Assembly: GCA_963725865.1 (NCBI GenBank)
Contig: CAVSAC010000013.1
Location: 1 to 60,383 of the forward strand
DNA from: Candidatus Eiseniibacteriota bacterium
Lineage (GTDB): Bacteria; Eisenbacteria; RBG-16-71-46
Direction: 5' to 3'
DNA length: 60,383 bases
Positions 60,143 to 60,383 of this stretch are shown here, one piece after another (position 1 is the stretch's first letter; each line of letters starts with the position of its first letter). Position numbers and translations under genes: made by a program. Under the pieces are notes generated by a model. That model saw only the letters and a program-made list of their open reading frames with translations. It was not told the origin of the DNA and made no database searches.

Positions 60143-60383
60143 ATGATGCGCTCAGGGAAGACCGCCAGCTCCGCGCTACTCATCCTCGTCGTCACGGGGC
60201 TCCTCACGTCGCTGTCGGGCGCTCTCAGCGCGTCCCAAGCGCAGGTGCCCACCACTTCCGTCACCCTCAACTGGACCGCGCCCGGTGACGATGGCTCGAG
60301 CGGGGTCGCAACCCGTTACGACGTCCGATTCTCGATCGTCCCCATCACGGCCGCCAACTTCGCCACCGCCTGGGTGGTGAGCG
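60143..60383 (+). CDS. Secreted fibronectin type III domain protein, partial (runs off the right edge)
   Basis: MMRSGK..signal..SVTLNWTAPGDDGSSGVATRYDVRFS..ITAANFATA. Confidence 0.75.
   Translation, partial: MMRSGKTASSALLILVVTGLLTSLSGALSASQAQVPTTSVTLNWTAPGDDGSSGVATRYDVRFSIVPITAANFATAWVVS

Overview
Very GC-rich (by eye >70%) bacterial chromosomal segment. Several secreted proteins end in a FlgD-Ig/T9SS-type-A-like C-terminal domain, which suggests an FCB-related lineage such as Candidatus Eisenbacteria (inference only). Many genes are split by 1-bp indels concentrated in patches, most simply read as long-read consensus errors, so coordinates of those genes are reconstructed across frames. Content in order: malQ and a 5'-truncated glgC abutting a hybrid sensor kinase (probable chimeric join near 1512); EVE-ligA-small membrane protein-polX cluster, PolX with a histone-H1-like repeat tail; ICMT-family protein; MoaD/ThiS fragment; AmmeMemoRadiSam protein B; lysophospholipase; GAF kinase with a degenerate ATPase domain; a small ORF with an in-frame TGA (candidate selenoprotein); HTH-TOBE-modABC with a divergent porin; glpD-glpK; S9 peptidase; FdhF/YdeP molybdoenzyme; CxxCxC outer-membrane protein; aldo/keto reductase; TetR-HlyD-ABC efflux operon with two palindromic operators; MFS; renalase-like oxidoreductase; two tandem FG-GAP/VCBS paralogs, each with a sigma54-like promoter at identical spacing; acyl-CoA dehydrogenase; YdcF; fabI; two tandem KimA/YdaO-like transporters; GH-like secreted protein; family-5 UDG; tsaA; a MITE/BIME-like palindromic element; cobalamin riboswitch-btuB-beta-propeller; partial FN3 protein. 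No rRNA, tRNA, CRISPR array or transposase was seen. Best leads: the candidate small selenoprotein, the sigma54-driven FG-GAP pair, and the B12 locus with a CTD-bearing BtuG-like protein.
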